From: Candidatus Sulfomarinibacteraceae bacterium
GTDB lineage: Bacteria > Acidobacteriota > Thermoanaerobaculia > Thermoanaerobaculales > Sulfomarinibacteraceae
NCBI GenBank assembly: GCA_963796455.1
Contig: CAWCLO010000003.1
Coordinates: forward strand, 160,001 to 224,000
DNA length: 64,000 bases
Direction: 5' to 3'
The position numbers and the translations under genes were made by a program. Below are positions 9,397 through 19,170 of the stretch, piece after piece (position 1 is the first letter of the stretch; each line of letters begins with the position of its first letter). The notes beneath the pieces were generated by a model. It did not search any database, was not told the origin of the DNA, and worked only from the letters and a program-made list of their open reading frames with translations.

Positions 9397-11940
9397 CTAA
9401 CCCTCGACCGGAATCGTCGCGATATCCTTACGGCGCAGGAACAAAGCGATCATGATCCCCACAACCACCAGAATCGTCCCGATCCACACCAGTGAGATCA
9501 GCGGCTTGGTGGAGACATCGATCACCAGGCTCGATGGCTTGGCCGGCTCGGGTGCCAGCGAAGGATCGTAGACCTGGAGCTGGACCGTGCCTTTTTCGGC
9601 ATCGATCCGGCCCGGGCTCAAGGAGATACCGCCGGTCCCCGGCACGACTGCCGAGGTGACTTGCGGTTCGCCGCCCATGCCACCTCGGTAGGTAGGGATA
9701 ACCTCGAAGCTCTGGCCCTGATGTTCGACCGAAAAGACAACGCCGAAATTGATCTTGCCGGCTTCCGGATCGAAGTCCGAGAGATCAAAATCGTCAAAGG
9801 TGATGTGGAGCTGACCATAGTCGAGGGTCTCGCCCTTGGAGAGAACCACCGTACGACCGACTCCGCCGCCGAGACCGACGATCTCGACTCGAACGACACC
9901 CTGGTCGACGCTCATCCCGGTGGCCTGCAGCCTCGCGCCCGAAAGGCCCGGGATCTCGACCGCCACCGTTTGCACCTCTTCGTTGGCTGAGACCATCGAA
10001 GGCTCGAGGACGACCGTTTCGGCACCCGGCCGCTCGAGCTCGATGACGACACCGACGGTGAGCGCTCCCGGAACCGCGTTCTGGCGCGTGAGATCAAATC
10101 CCTTGAAGGTCAGGGTCCAGTCGCGGAATGCGGAGGGCTGGTCCTTGGTCAGCATCAGACGCGCCGAGACCGGGGCCTCTTCGCCCGGTTCGAACTCGAC
10201 CGGGGCGACATAGAGATCGTTGCTGAAGAATGATTTGATGTCGGGGTTCGCGATCAGCTGATTGGTCTTCTGGTTGACCCACATCTTGGGTTTGAGAATG
10301 AAGTTTCCACCCTTTGGCGAGGTCACCTCGACCACCATCGCATCGCGCGCCTGCGGGGTCGGTTTTTCGACGCCGCGGAAGGTCATCGTGTAACCGAGCA
10401 CCTCCGCCGGTTGGTCCTGGGCGAGCCGTACCTTGTGCTCTTTACCCAGCCAGCCCGTGGTCAAAAACGCGAGCAGGAGAAGACCGAGGCCGACGTGGGC
10501 GACGGGCCCGCCGGCCATCCGCCAGCGACCGTTGCGCGCATATTCGGAGAATGCCCAGCTGTTGGCCACGATGTTGAACAGAGCCGCCCCGATATAAATG
10601 ATCGATGGCAGGCCCCGGAGCCCGAACGCGATTCCCGCACCCAACAAGACCGCTGTGATGACGAGAGTGATCGCGAGGTAGCGCTGCCAACCCTTTCGGG
10701 CGCGGCTCCAGCCGAGAAACGGCGTGCCGCCGACGAAGAGCGCAAAGACCACCGCCAGCCAGAATCCCATACGATTGTAGAAATCAGGCCCGACCTGAGC
10801 CGGCGCACCCCAGATCCTCGAGAGCAATGGCGCCGAGGTCCCAAGCAGAACTACCAGACCGATCAACACGGTCAGCAGGATCCCGACCACAAAGAAAATT
10901 GTTCTCGACATGAAGGGCTCGTCGCCGACCTCAGCCGGAATCTCACGCCACCTGTAGGCCAGAAGCCCGATCGACAGGACCAGGAAGAAGCCCATGATGA
11001 AAACCAGAAACCCGGTGATTCCAAGATCCACGAATGAGTGGACCGAGAAATCCGCCAGCACACCGGAGCGCGTCAAAAAGGTCGCGTAGACCACCAACAG
11101 GAAGGCTGACACCGCGAGCACCAGGTTAAGCCTGCGAAATCGGCTGCGGCCGCGCTGCAATACCATTCCGTGAGTCAAGGCGAGGGTCGCCAACCAGGGC
11201 ACGAGCGAAGCGTTCTCGACCGGGTCCCAGCCCCAATAACCGCCCCAACCGAGGGTTTCATAGGCCCAGTAACCGCCGAGCATGATCGCCGTACCGAGAG
11301 TCGCCAGCGATAAAAGCACCCACGGCAGTGAGATCTTGGTCCATTCGTCGTAGCGTTTCATCCATAAAGCCGCGATGGCAAAGGAAAAGGGCACCGCAAG
11401 CGATGCATAACCGATGAACATGATCGGCGGGTGAATCACCATCCACGGATTCTGCAACAGTGGATTGAGTCCCTGACCGTCCATTGGCGTCATGCCGGTG
11501 GTCAATCCCTGGTGGAATCGGAAGGGATCCTGTTTGACGAGCAGCATAACCAGCGAAAGAATCGTCAGGTTGTAAACCACCATGACCCGCGGTTCGTACT
11601 TCCTCGCGTATCGCATCAAAGGCAACCCGAGCAGCACACCCCAGAAGGTCCAGAGCATGAAGCTGCCTTCCTGGCCTCCCCAGAAGGTGGAGATCAGATA
11701 TTTCAGCTCCAACAGATTGTCGGAGTAGGCCCACACATAGTGGAGGCGGTAGTCGTGGGTGACCAGGAGGTACATCAGTAACCCCGAGCCCACCACTATC
11801 GCCGCGGTCATGAGCAGATAGCTCTGCCGCGCCGGGGAGCGCCAACGCTCGGGGTTCTTGATCGAAAGCCAGTAGGTCACCGTTGACGCCACACCGGCGA
11901 GCAACGCCGTCCACATCAGGAGGGTTCCTGGAAGGTACAT
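9397..11940 (-). CDS. ccmF: Heme lyase CcmF with enlarged C-terminal extracytoplasmic region
   Basis: WGGQEGS, LNPLLQ, HPP, WGGYWGWDPVENAS (WWD) and SVHSF motifs. Confidence 0.95.
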   Translation of the reverse strand: MYLPGTLLMWTALLAGVASTVTYWLSIKNPERWRSPARQSYLLMTAAIVVGSGLLMYLLVTHDYRLHYVWAYSDNLLELKYLISTFWGGQEGSFMLWTFWGVLLGLPLMRYARKYEPRVMVVYNLTILSLVMLLVKQDPFRFHQGLTTGMTPMDGQGLNPLLQNPWMVIHPPIMFIGYASLAVPFSFAIAALWMKRYDEWTKISLPWVLLSLATLGTAIMLGGYWAYETLGWGGYWGWDPVENASLVPWLATLALTHGMVLQRGRSRFRRLNLVLAVSAFLLVVYATFLTRSGVLADFSVHSFVDLGITGFLVFIMGFFLVLSIGLLAYRWREIPAEVGDEPFMSRTIFFVVGILLTVLIGLVVLLGTSAPLLSRIWGAPAQVGPDFYNRMGFWLAVVFALFVGGTPFLGWSRARKGWQRYLAITLVITAVLLGAGIAFGLRGLPSIIYIGAALFNIVANSWAFSEYARNGRWRMAGGPVAHVGLGLLLLAFLTTGWLGKEHKVRLAQDQPAEVLGYTMTFRGVEKPTPQARDAMVVEVTSPKGGNFILKPKMWVNQKTNQLIANPDIKSFFSNDLYVAPVEFEPGEEAPVSARLMLTKDQPSAFRDWTLTFKGFDLTRQNAVPGALTVGVVIELERPGAETVVLEPSMVSANEEVQTVAVEIPGLSGARLQATGMSVDQGVVRVEIVGLGGGVGRTVVLSKGETLDYGQLHITFDDFDLSDFDPEAGKINFGVVFSVEHQGQSFEVIPTYRGGMGGEPQVTSAVVPGTGGISLSPGRIDAEKGTVQLQVYDPSLAPEPAKPSSLVIDVSTKPLISLVWIGTILVVVGIMIALFLRRKDIATIPVEG

Positions 11941-11999
11941 GGGTTCTCCTCGTATTCGCGAATCGAGACGGGATCAGCCGCCCGCCTCGATTGGCGGGA

Positions 12000-12416
12000 T
12001 CAGGTTTCGGATCCGTAGCTTTTGACGTCGTCCTCGAGACCCTGGTATTTGGAGGGACACTTCACCAGCAGCTGTTCGGCATGGAATTGGCCGTCGCTGT
12101 AGGCGCCGACGGCGACGATCTGAATCGCCTCCTCGAAGTTGCCGGGTTTGACCCCTTTGTAGACCACGGTCATGGTGGCGCCGTCTTCTTCAACCATATC
12201 GAAGCGCAGCTCCTCGGTGGCATCGACGTACTCGGTGGAGTTTTCGACCAACCCACCCGCAACCTGCACTTTTCGGCCGCTTTGGGTGGCCTCATCGAAA
12301 CTGACGTAGGGTGTCAGATTCGATTTGAAGGAGGTCGTTCCATAGGCTAGAAACGCCACCACCAGAACTCCGCCAACCGCATACCAAATACGACGTTGTC
12401 GTCGTGAATCCGTCAT
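12000..12416 (-). CDS. ccmE: Heme chaperone CcmE, CxxxY variant
   Basis: N-terminal TM segment, OB-fold, LVKCPSKY. Confidence 0.92.
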   Translation of the reverse strand: MTDSRRQRRIWYAVGGVLVVAFLAYGTTSFKSNLTPYVSFDEATQSGRKVQVAGGLVENSTEYVDATEELRFDMVEEDGATMTVVYKGVKPGNFEEAIQIVAVGAYSDGQFHAEQLLVKCPSKYQGLEDDVKSYGSET

Positions 12417-12521
12417 TCAATCCTCCAATCGACTGACCTTGCGATCGAGCCGAAAAACATAGGCGAACAGTCCAACCCAGATCATCAGGGTGACCACTGC
12501 GATACCCATGAGGTCAGTCAT
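12417..12521 (-). CDS. ccmD: CcmD family small membrane protein (34 aa; absent from ORF track)
   Basis: MTDLMGIAVVTLMIWVGLFAYVFRLDRKVSRLED, abutting both ccmC and ccmE. Confidence 0.85.
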   Translation of the reverse strand: MTDLMGIAVVTLMIWVGLFAYVFRLDRKVSRLED

Positions 12522-13190
12522 CTAAAGCTCCTCTTGCTCACGCCGCTGCCGAATGGCCTCGATCCGACAGCCGATAGTATATAACCATACGTACAAACAC
12601 GTAAATCCTACAAGCGATGCCATCAGCACCTGCGTGTAGCGCGAATCGAAGTCGTTGGAACCACGGGTGTTTATGATGGTGTCCGGGTGGAGCGACCAGT
12701 AGATCCTCGGCACCACAAAGACCAGGAACGGCACGGTTACGAAGGCAAGGATGGCATAAACCGCCGACAGACTCGCTCGCCTCTCAGGGTCCTCGATCGC
12801 TCCACGAAGCGCCAGATAGGCGGCGTAGATCAACAATAAAATGGTGATCGAGGTCTGGCGCGGGTCCCAATTCCAATAGGCGTTCCACATGATCCGAGCA
12901 AAAACGGAACCGGTGGTGGTCGCCAGCACCGCAAAGAGCAGACCCAGTCCTGCGCTCACCGAAGCCCTGATGTCGTCCTTTGGATCCCTGCGCCAGAGAT
13001 ATCGAACCGACGCCACACAGGAAACCAAGAACGCCAGGACCGCAATCCACGCCATGGGCACATGGAAAAAGACGATCCGCGATGATTCTCCGATGAAACC
13101 TTCGGCCGGCTGCACATAGAAAAATGCAGCCAGGATGACCCCGCCGAGCCACACCAGAAGAACCCATTTCAGTATTTCTGACACCCGCAT
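12522..13190 (-). CDS. ccmC: Heme exporter CcmC
   Basis: FHVP, WNAYWNWDPR (WWD) and SLHP motifs. Confidence 0.95.
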   Translation of the reverse strand: MRVSEILKWVLLVWLGGVILAAFFYVQPAEGFIGESSRIVFFHVPMAWIAVLAFLVSCVASVRYLWRRDPKDDIRASVSAGLGLLFAVLATTTGSVFARIMWNAYWNWDPRQTSITILLLIYAAYLALRGAIEDPERRASLSAVYAILAFVTVPFLVFVVPRIYWSLHPDTIINTRGSNDFDSRYTQVLMASLVGFTCLYVWLYTIGCRIEAIRQRREQEEL

Positions 13191-13272
13191 CTTCTACTTC
13201 AACCTCTCTGGTTTCGAAAACATGCCATGATCGGCGGAAATAATACCCCAAAGAGCCCGATCGGTGTGAAAA

Positions 13273-13953
13273 TCAGTCCGACCAGACCACGGGGAAGAGC
13301 GCCGCCGACACCACGGTCATGATCCCGCCCATCGACAAAACCGCCCGAAGGGCCGATGCGAGGGTCTCCGCGGACCCATCTGCTGCGGCTGCAGTACCCT
13401 GGATGAGGAAAATGATCAGAGGCAAGAGGAGCGGCAAGGAAAGAACCGAAAACAGGGCCCCGCGCGTCATCGCCCTGGCGATGATCGCAGCGATGATGGT
13501 CGTGATCACCGCCAATGCAAAGCCCCCGGAAACCAACAGCAGCACGAACTCTCCGACCATCACGATTTGATACCCCATCAGGACACAGAACAGCGGCACC
13601 AGAATCGCCATCAGCAAAAAGATCAGAATCAGGTTAAAAAGAAGCTTGCCTACCCAGACTGCATGGGCCGAGGCCGCCAAACGCAGCAGCGGCGCGGTGT
13701 GGCTCTCTTCCTCCTTGACGAAGGAACGGTCGAGCCCGGCCAGGGCGGCGAAGAGAATCACGATCCACAACAAAACGGCGAGCAGAAAGGGGCGGTCGTC
13801 GACCGAGATCCTGTACGGCCCGACGGTGTAGGACACCGCCGCCAGGACCGTGAGGGCAAACAGTCCCAACGAATTGAGAGCGACCCGGGTCCGGAACTCG
13901 GTGCGCAGATCCTTGGCGGCAACCGCCAGCGCCTCAACCACCAAGCGCCACAC
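13273..13953 (-). CDS. ccmB: Heme exporter CcmB
   Basis: KDLRTEFR, multiple TM helices, LSLPLLLP; GTG start overlaps the ccmA end. Confidence 0.9.
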   Translation of the reverse strand: MWRLVVEALAVAAKDLRTEFRTRVALNSLGLFALTVLAAVSYTVGPYRISVDDRPFLLAVLLWIVILFAALAGLDRSFVKEEESHTAPLLRLAASAHAVWVGKLLFNLILIFLLMAILVPLFCVLMGYQIVMVGEFVLLLVSGGFALAVITTIIAAIIARAMTRGALFSVLSLPLLLPLIIFLIQGTAAAADGSAETLASALRAVLSMGGIMTVVSAALFPVVWSD

Positions 13954-14563
13954 GGCGTTCCCCCCATTCCATTTCGCGCCGGTCGTTGGTAGCCAGGAGC
14001 ACCGTCTTGCCCTCGACGGCAAGGCCTCGAACATGGCCTTCGAGCCAATCTTTGCCCTCCGGATCGAGATTGGATCCCGGTTCGTCGAGAACCAGCACCA
14101 AGGGGTCGTGGAGCACCGCCTGGGCAATCTTCAGCCGTTGTGCCATGCCGGTGGAAAAGCCACGCACGGGAGTCTTTCGTGCGGGATCCAACCCGACCAT
14201 CTCGAGACACTCCCGGCACCGGTCTCGAGCGCCGTCGATGCCTCGGACGCGGGCAAAGAAGCGCAGGTTCTCCATCGCATCGAGCTCTTCATAGACAGCC
14301 ATCGAAGGCGCCACGACACCCAGGTGATGACGCCACGATCCACGTTCGAGATCGGCCTCACCCTGAAAATGGTGGATCGAACCCCGAGTGGGCCTCAACA
14401 GACCGCAGAGGATGGACAAAAGGGTCGATTTGCCGGAACCGTTGGGCCCGGTGATCACCAATACTTCCCCGGGAACGGCTTCACCGCTCACCGAGCGAAA
14501 AATGACCCGCAGATCGTAGCGCTTGGCCACGTCTGCGAACGAGATTCGAATGCCTTCCGCCAT
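13934..14563 (-). CDS. ccmA: Heme ABC exporter ATPase CcmA
   Basis: GPNGSGKST, FSTGM and LDEP motifs; first gene of the ccm operon; start uncertain. Confidence 0.9.
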   Translation of the reverse strand: MAEGIRISFADVAKRYDLRVIFRSVSGEAVPGEVLVITGPNGSGKSTLLSILCGLLRPTRGSIHHFQGEADLERGSWRHHLGVVAPSMAVYEELDAMENLRFFARVRGIDGARDRCRECLEMVGLDPARKTPVRGFSTGMAQRLKIAQAVLHDPLVLVLDEPGSNLDPEGKDWLEGHVRGLAVEGKTVLLATNDRREMEWGERRVALGG

Positions 14564-14600
14564 CGCGAGGAACAATAGCATTCCCGGCGGTCGGGGGGAC

Positions 14601-14945
14601 ACAAGACGCAGAATTCAGGGACAGCGACAGGGAACGGCAGACAGCGGCGGCGATCAGTGTGCAGCGGCAGAGATCAGGGGCAGCAATCAGGTGCAGTGAC
14701 GGCGTGGTCACCTCCGGGTCGTTCAACAGAAGGAACAGCCGTTGTGGTGTAGGCGTCTCGCCTGCACACCGTGCGGCCGAGACGGCCGCACCACAAATGC
14801 CGGAGCCCCGAAGATATGACTGCTGTTCACTGTCCCGGCCGCTGATCGCTGACCCTGATGACTGAACGCTGCCGCTGACTCCTGTTCGCTGTCGCTGAAT
14901 TCTGTTGCTGGCGCTGAACTCTGACGCTGTCGTCCCTGTCCCGGA
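14601..14945 (+). mobile_element. Empty four-helix-bundle cassette derivative B with internal REP pair
   Basis: Arms match copy A; ~200 bp near-identical to the reverse complement of 58848-59050; REPs at 14744-14794. Confidence 0.7.
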
Positions 14946-15159
14946 CAGCAGTGATGGTCGGTGTTCGATCGGGCCCCATAACCCGAACGACCAAACGGGT
15001 CCTTGAGGCTTGAGGCGCCGATTCAGTCGCCGCATCACCACGATTGTCAAGCCCCAAGCCTCAGGTCCCAGGCCCTTTGAGGCGAGTCCCGTCCCCTCCA
15101 TTGGGCACCATGTGTCGGGAGCGCGAACTAGGCTAGAATCGCCAGCGAAGGAGGCGCCA

Positions 15160-16221
15160 ATGCGTGCAGTTATTACGGGGACAGGAATGTACATCCCGGA
15201 GGCTACGGTCGACAATCACGCCCTCGCTCGCGTGATGGACACCTCCGATGAGTGGATCCAGATCCGAACCGGAATCGCCAGAAGGCAGTATGCCGCGCCC
15301 GACCAGGCGACCTCCGATCTTGCGGTCCCGGCCGCCCGCCAGGCAATCGAGAAGGCCGGCCTCCAGGCTTCGGACATCGACTACCTGGTGGTCGCCACCA
15401 TGACTCCCGATTTCTTTTTCCCCGGTTCGGCCCCCTTTCTCCAGCGCAAACTCGGGCTCGAACACATTCCATGTCTCGACATCCGCCAACAATGCGCCGG
15501 CTTCGTCTACGGATTGCAACTCGCCGACGCGCTGATCCGGTCCGGCCAGCACCGCCGGGTTCTGGTGGTCGGGGCCGAGGCCCACGCCTCCCTGGTTCCC
15601 TGGAGCGACCAAACGTGGCGAATCGCTCTGGGTGAGGAAGCCGGAGAGATCTCGACGGAGGAGTACGAAGAAAACACCTCGACTCGAGACAGGGTGGTTC
15701 TTTTCGGCGATGGCGCCGGAGCGGTTGTGGTGGAAGCTTGTGAGGAAGATGACAAAGGAGTCATCGACTGTCTGCTGCACACCAACGGCGACCAGGCCGA
15801 GCGGCTGTGGACCAAGGCCGCCGGCAGCGCCTTCCGGCCCTATATCCGTCAGGACATGATCGATTCCGGCGATGTCGTGCCCATCGTGGAGGGGCGAAAG
15901 GTTTACGCACTGGCCGTCACTTTCATGCCGCAGGTCACCCTGGAGATCCTGGAGAGAAACGGCCTCACCACCGACGATCTGGATCTCGTCATCATGCACC
16001 AGGCCAACTTGAGGATCAACGAAGGCGTCCAGAAACGACTCGAGCTACCCGACGACAAAGTGTTCAACAATATTCAGAACTACGGCAACACGACCGCCGG
16101 TACCATCCCCATCGCCTACCACGAGGCACTCGAGCAGGGACGTGCCAAGGAAGGTGATCTGGTGTGCTTTGTCGGTCTCGGGAGTGGGCTGAATTGGGGA
16201 GCTATTCTGTATCGATGCTGA
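15160..16221 (+). CDS. fabH: 3-oxoacyl-ACP synthase III family
   Basis: QCAGF, FGDGAGA, HQAN and YGNT catalytic motifs; AAGGAGG RBS. Confidence 0.92.
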   Translation: MRAVITGTGMYIPEATVDNHALARVMDTSDEWIQIRTGIARRQYAAPDQATSDLAVPAARQAIEKAGLQASDIDYLVVATMTPDFFFPGSAPFLQRKLGLEHIPCLDIRQQCAGFVYGLQLADALIRSGQHRRVLVVGAEAHASLVPWSDQTWRIALGEEAGEISTEEYEENTSTRDRVVLFGDGAGAVVVEACEEDDKGVIDCLLHTNGDQAERLWTKAAGSAFRPYIRQDMIDSGDVVPIVEGRKVYALAVTFMPQVTLEILERNGLTTDDLDLVIMHQANLRINEGVQKRLELPDDKVFNNIQNYGNTTAGTIPIAYHEALEQGRAKEGDLVCFVGLGSGLNWGAILYRC

Positions 16222-16239
16222 GCCCACCCAGGAGGACGA

Positions 16240-16393
16240 TGAGGCAATGGGGCTATGGAGCTATGGGGCTATGGGGCTCTCAGGCTTCAGGATCGGGAGA
16301 CCAGGCGGAGAGAATCCTCAAAGCCCCATTACCAGGGCGGGTAGCAACCGGTCATAGCTCCATAGCCCCATACCGCCATGCCCCATTGCCTCA
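16240..16393. repeat. Inverted pair of GGGGCTAT / ATAGCCCC octamer arms
   Basis: tgaggcaatggggctatggagctatggggctatgggg ... catagctccatagccccataccgccatgccccattgcctca. Confidence 0.8.
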
Positions 16394-16513
16394 GAGCCTT
16401 TCGCACCCGAAACCTATCAATAATCGAAACTTATGCTACCCTTGCCCGGTCAGCGGTTTGGTCGCTCGATCGCCGAGCACCCCGCTATTTCTTCATCAAG
16501 AACAGGAGACGTC

Positions 16514-18427
16514 GTGACCCGACGCATGCTCATCAACGCCCAGCGCCCCGACGAGGTGCGCATCGCCACCATGTCCGGCAAGATTCTCGACCGATACGAG
16601 GTTGCCGCCACCGAATCCGGTCTTTGCCGCGGCAATATCTATCGCGGCAACGTGGCCAATATCCAACCATCGCTCGATGCCGCCTTCGCAGATTTCGGCG
16701 AGGAGCGGGATGGTCTGTTGCGCGCGGCCGATGTGGTTCCCTCCCAGTACTACAAGAAACCCGACAACAAGGGCAAATACCCCCGCGTCGACCAGATACT
16801 GCAACGCGGCCAGCCCGTTCTGGTTCAGGTCGTGCGGGACGGTGTCGGCCGCAAGGGCGCCTTGCTGACTACCAACATCAGTATTGCCGGCCGCTATCTG
16901 GTTCTGATGCCCTTTGATGATGTCAGGGGCGTATCGCGCAAGGCCGAGGACGAAGAACGGGAACTCGTCAAGGATCGGGTGGCAAAACTCGAACTCCCGG
17001 AAGGATTCGGCGTCATTCTCCGGACCAACGCCCTCGACCAACCACAGAAAACGCTCAACCGCGATCTCAACGCCCTGCTCCGCCTGTGGAAGAAGATCCG
17101 AGCAGAATCCAAAACCGGCAAGGGCCCGAAGTTGCTTTACAGCGACCAGGACCTGATCGTTCAGGCGCTCCGCGACTCGCTCGACTCGTCGATTTCCGAG
17201 ATCCTTGTCGATGACGAAAAGGCATTCTCCAAGGCGCGCGGATACATGCAGACATTCATGCCGCGGGCGGGCAACCGGCTCGTGCACTACACCGATCGAA
17301 TGCCCCTCTTCAGCAAGTATGAGCTCGAGGAACAGATCGATCGCATCTACCAACGCAAGGTCGATCTCCCAAGCGGCGGGTCGATCGTTATTGACGGAAC
17401 CGAGGCGCTGACCGCCGTCGATGTCAACTCTGGAAGGGCCAACAAGGCCGGAAGCCAGGAAGAAACGGCCTACAACACCAATCTCGAAGCCGCCCGTGAG
17501 GTCGCCCGACAGCTCCGCATGCGCGACATCGGCGGTCTCGTGGTCGTGGATTTCATCGACATGCGCTCCCCCAAACACCGTCGCGAGGTCGAAAAGGTGA
17601 TGCGGGATGCGCTCAAGGACGACAAGGCGAGGACCAACGCCAGCCGTCTGTCGGAAAACGGCCTCTTGGAAATCAATCGTCAGCGCTTGAAAAAAGCGCT
17701 CCAGCTCCGCACCCACCGCGCCTGTCCGACCTGCAGCGGCACCGGCAGTATCGCCAGCCCGGAGCTTGTCGGGCTCAATATTCTGCGGCGGATCGAAACC
17801 CGCGCCGTGACCGGTCGTCTCGGTGGCGCCCGTGTCGAGCTGCACCCGGAACTTGCAGATGCCCTCCAGAATGAACGCCGCCAGGAGCTTGCAGCACTCG
17901 AACGTGAGTTCGATATTCAGGTGGAGATCATCGCCGCCCCGGATCTCCACCGCGCCGAAGAACGCATCGTTTGGAACGAGCGCTTGAAAAGCGAGGAGTC
18001 CACCGCTTCACCTGCGGTGAGCGCCGCCGATCTGGCCGAAGGCATGGGTCGCCAGAAAGCGCCGCGTCGAAAACAGAAGACCGAGGCAGCTGAGCCTGTC
18101 GAAGCTGCTGCGAGCGAAGACAGTCCGCCGGCCGGCGACAGCCCGAAGCCCCGACGCCGACGCCGGGGCGGACGGCGACGGAAGAAAAGCGCCAGTGCCG
18201 AGGCCGAGAGCACTGCCTCCTCCCCAGACAACGGCACTTCAAAAGACGCCGAACCGGCTCCCGCAGAGACGGAAGAGACAGTCGAGGCAAACGGACAAGA
18301 GAGCAAGACTCCGGCAAAGAAGAGTCGCCGTCGTCGTCCGAGGAGATCCAAGAAAAAGCCGGCAAAGACAGAATCTGCGGCTGAAGAGCCGCCGGCGACG
18401 CCTTCATTTGATCCCTTTGCGTATTAG
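16514..18427 (+). CDS. rne: Ribonuclease E/G family
   Basis: GNIYRG, S1 domain, EALTAVDVNSG, IGGLVVVDFIDM, CPTC Zn-link, Arg-rich disordered tail. Confidence 0.93.
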   Translation: MTRRMLINAQRPDEVRIATMSGKILDRYEVAATESGLCRGNIYRGNVANIQPSLDAAFADFGEERDGLLRAADVVPSQYYKKPDNKGKYPRVDQILQRGQPVLVQVVRDGVGRKGALLTTNISIAGRYLVLMPFDDVRGVSRKAEDEERELVKDRVAKLELPEGFGVILRTNALDQPQKTLNRDLNALLRLWKKIRAESKTGKGPKLLYSDQDLIVQALRDSLDSSISEILVDDEKAFSKARGYMQTFMPRAGNRLVHYTDRMPLFSKYELEEQIDRIYQRKVDLPSGGSIVIDGTEALTAVDVNSGRANKAGSQEETAYNTNLEAAREVARQLRMRDIGGLVVVDFIDMRSPKHRREVEKVMRDALKDDKARTNASRLSENGLLEINRQRLKKALQLRTHRACPTCSGTGSIASPELVGLNILRRIETRAVTGRLGGARVELHPELADALQNERRQELAALEREFDIQVEIIAAPDLHRAEERIVWNERLKSEESTASPAVSAADLAEGMGRQKAPRRKQKTEAAEPVEAAASEDSPPAGDSPKPRRRRRGGRRRKKSASAEAESTASSPDNGTSKDAEPAPAETEETVEANGQESKTPAKKSRRRRPRRSKKKPAKTESAAEEPPATPSFDPFAY

Positions 18428-18540
18428 GCTTTGGGGCTATGGGGCTATATGGGGCATTGGGGCTCAAGCCGACGGCTTCAGCGGCCTGCCATAGCCTCAC
18501 TGCCAGGCCGAGTCAGCGGCCGATCATAGCCTCACAACCC
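18428..18540. repeat. GGGGCTAT / CATAGCC inverted arms
   Basis: Begins immediately after the rne TAG; complementary catagcctcac units follow. Confidence 0.65.
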
Positions 18541-18573
18541 GCTGACTCGATGGCGTAAAAATCCCCACCACGA

Positions 18574-19113
18574 CTACCCCTCATCCACGTGGGGAAACAC
18601 CTTGGTATCGACTCCGACCTCGTCGCCGATGAATTCGAGCGCCTCGCGGAGATCATCAACACCGAGCTGGGGCGGCACCCTGACCATTGCCGACATCGAA
18701 AAGAGCGGAGTGCCGCTCATCGGTGCCGCCGAAACTTCGGTGGTCATGGTCTCGATATTGATCCCCTGCTCGGCGAGATAGCGCGTGACCTGGTGGATGA
18801 TCCCCATGTGGTCTGCGCCCAGAACCGTTATGGCACACGGCACGGCCGATGTTTCTTCCGGTTCGGCGACCTCGCTGAGACGGGTGTGGATGTCGTATCG
18901 CGCATAGTGCACTTCCGCCAGTGCCGCGCGAAGTTCTTCAATTGAGCTCTCCGCCGCGGTCACGAACATCAGCAACGCAAAATCGCCACCCAGTCGCACC
19001 ATCCGGGTTGACTCGACATTGCCCTCGAAGCGGAGGATCAACTCCGCCATCTCGTCAACGACGCCGACCCGATCCCGCCCCGAGGCTGTGAGCACCAATT
19101 GTTTGCGCTTCAA
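18574..19113 (-). CDS. GcvR-like double ACT-domain protein
   Basis: LTASGRDRVGVV, NVESTRM, GADHMGII, APMSGTPLF; TTG start with GAGGAGG RBS. Confidence 0.85.
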   Translation of the reverse strand: MKRKQLVLTASGRDRVGVVDEMAELILRFEGNVESTRMVRLGGDFALLMFVTAAESSIEELRAALAEVHYARYDIHTRLSEVAEPEETSAVPCAITVLGADHMGIIHQVTRYLAEQGINIETMTTEVSAAPMSGTPLFSMSAMVRVPPQLGVDDLREALEFIGDEVGVDTKVFPHVDEG

Positions 19114-19170
19114 TGATCCCTCCTCAATGAAGGCACCTTTCCATGGTATCTCACGCTGGATTGGGAAACC

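Noticed and set aside
14659..14865. Conserved small protein shared with 58848-59126
   Set aside because: The similarity is explained by the DNA repeat; starts differ, no RBS, and the frame crosses REP palindromes.
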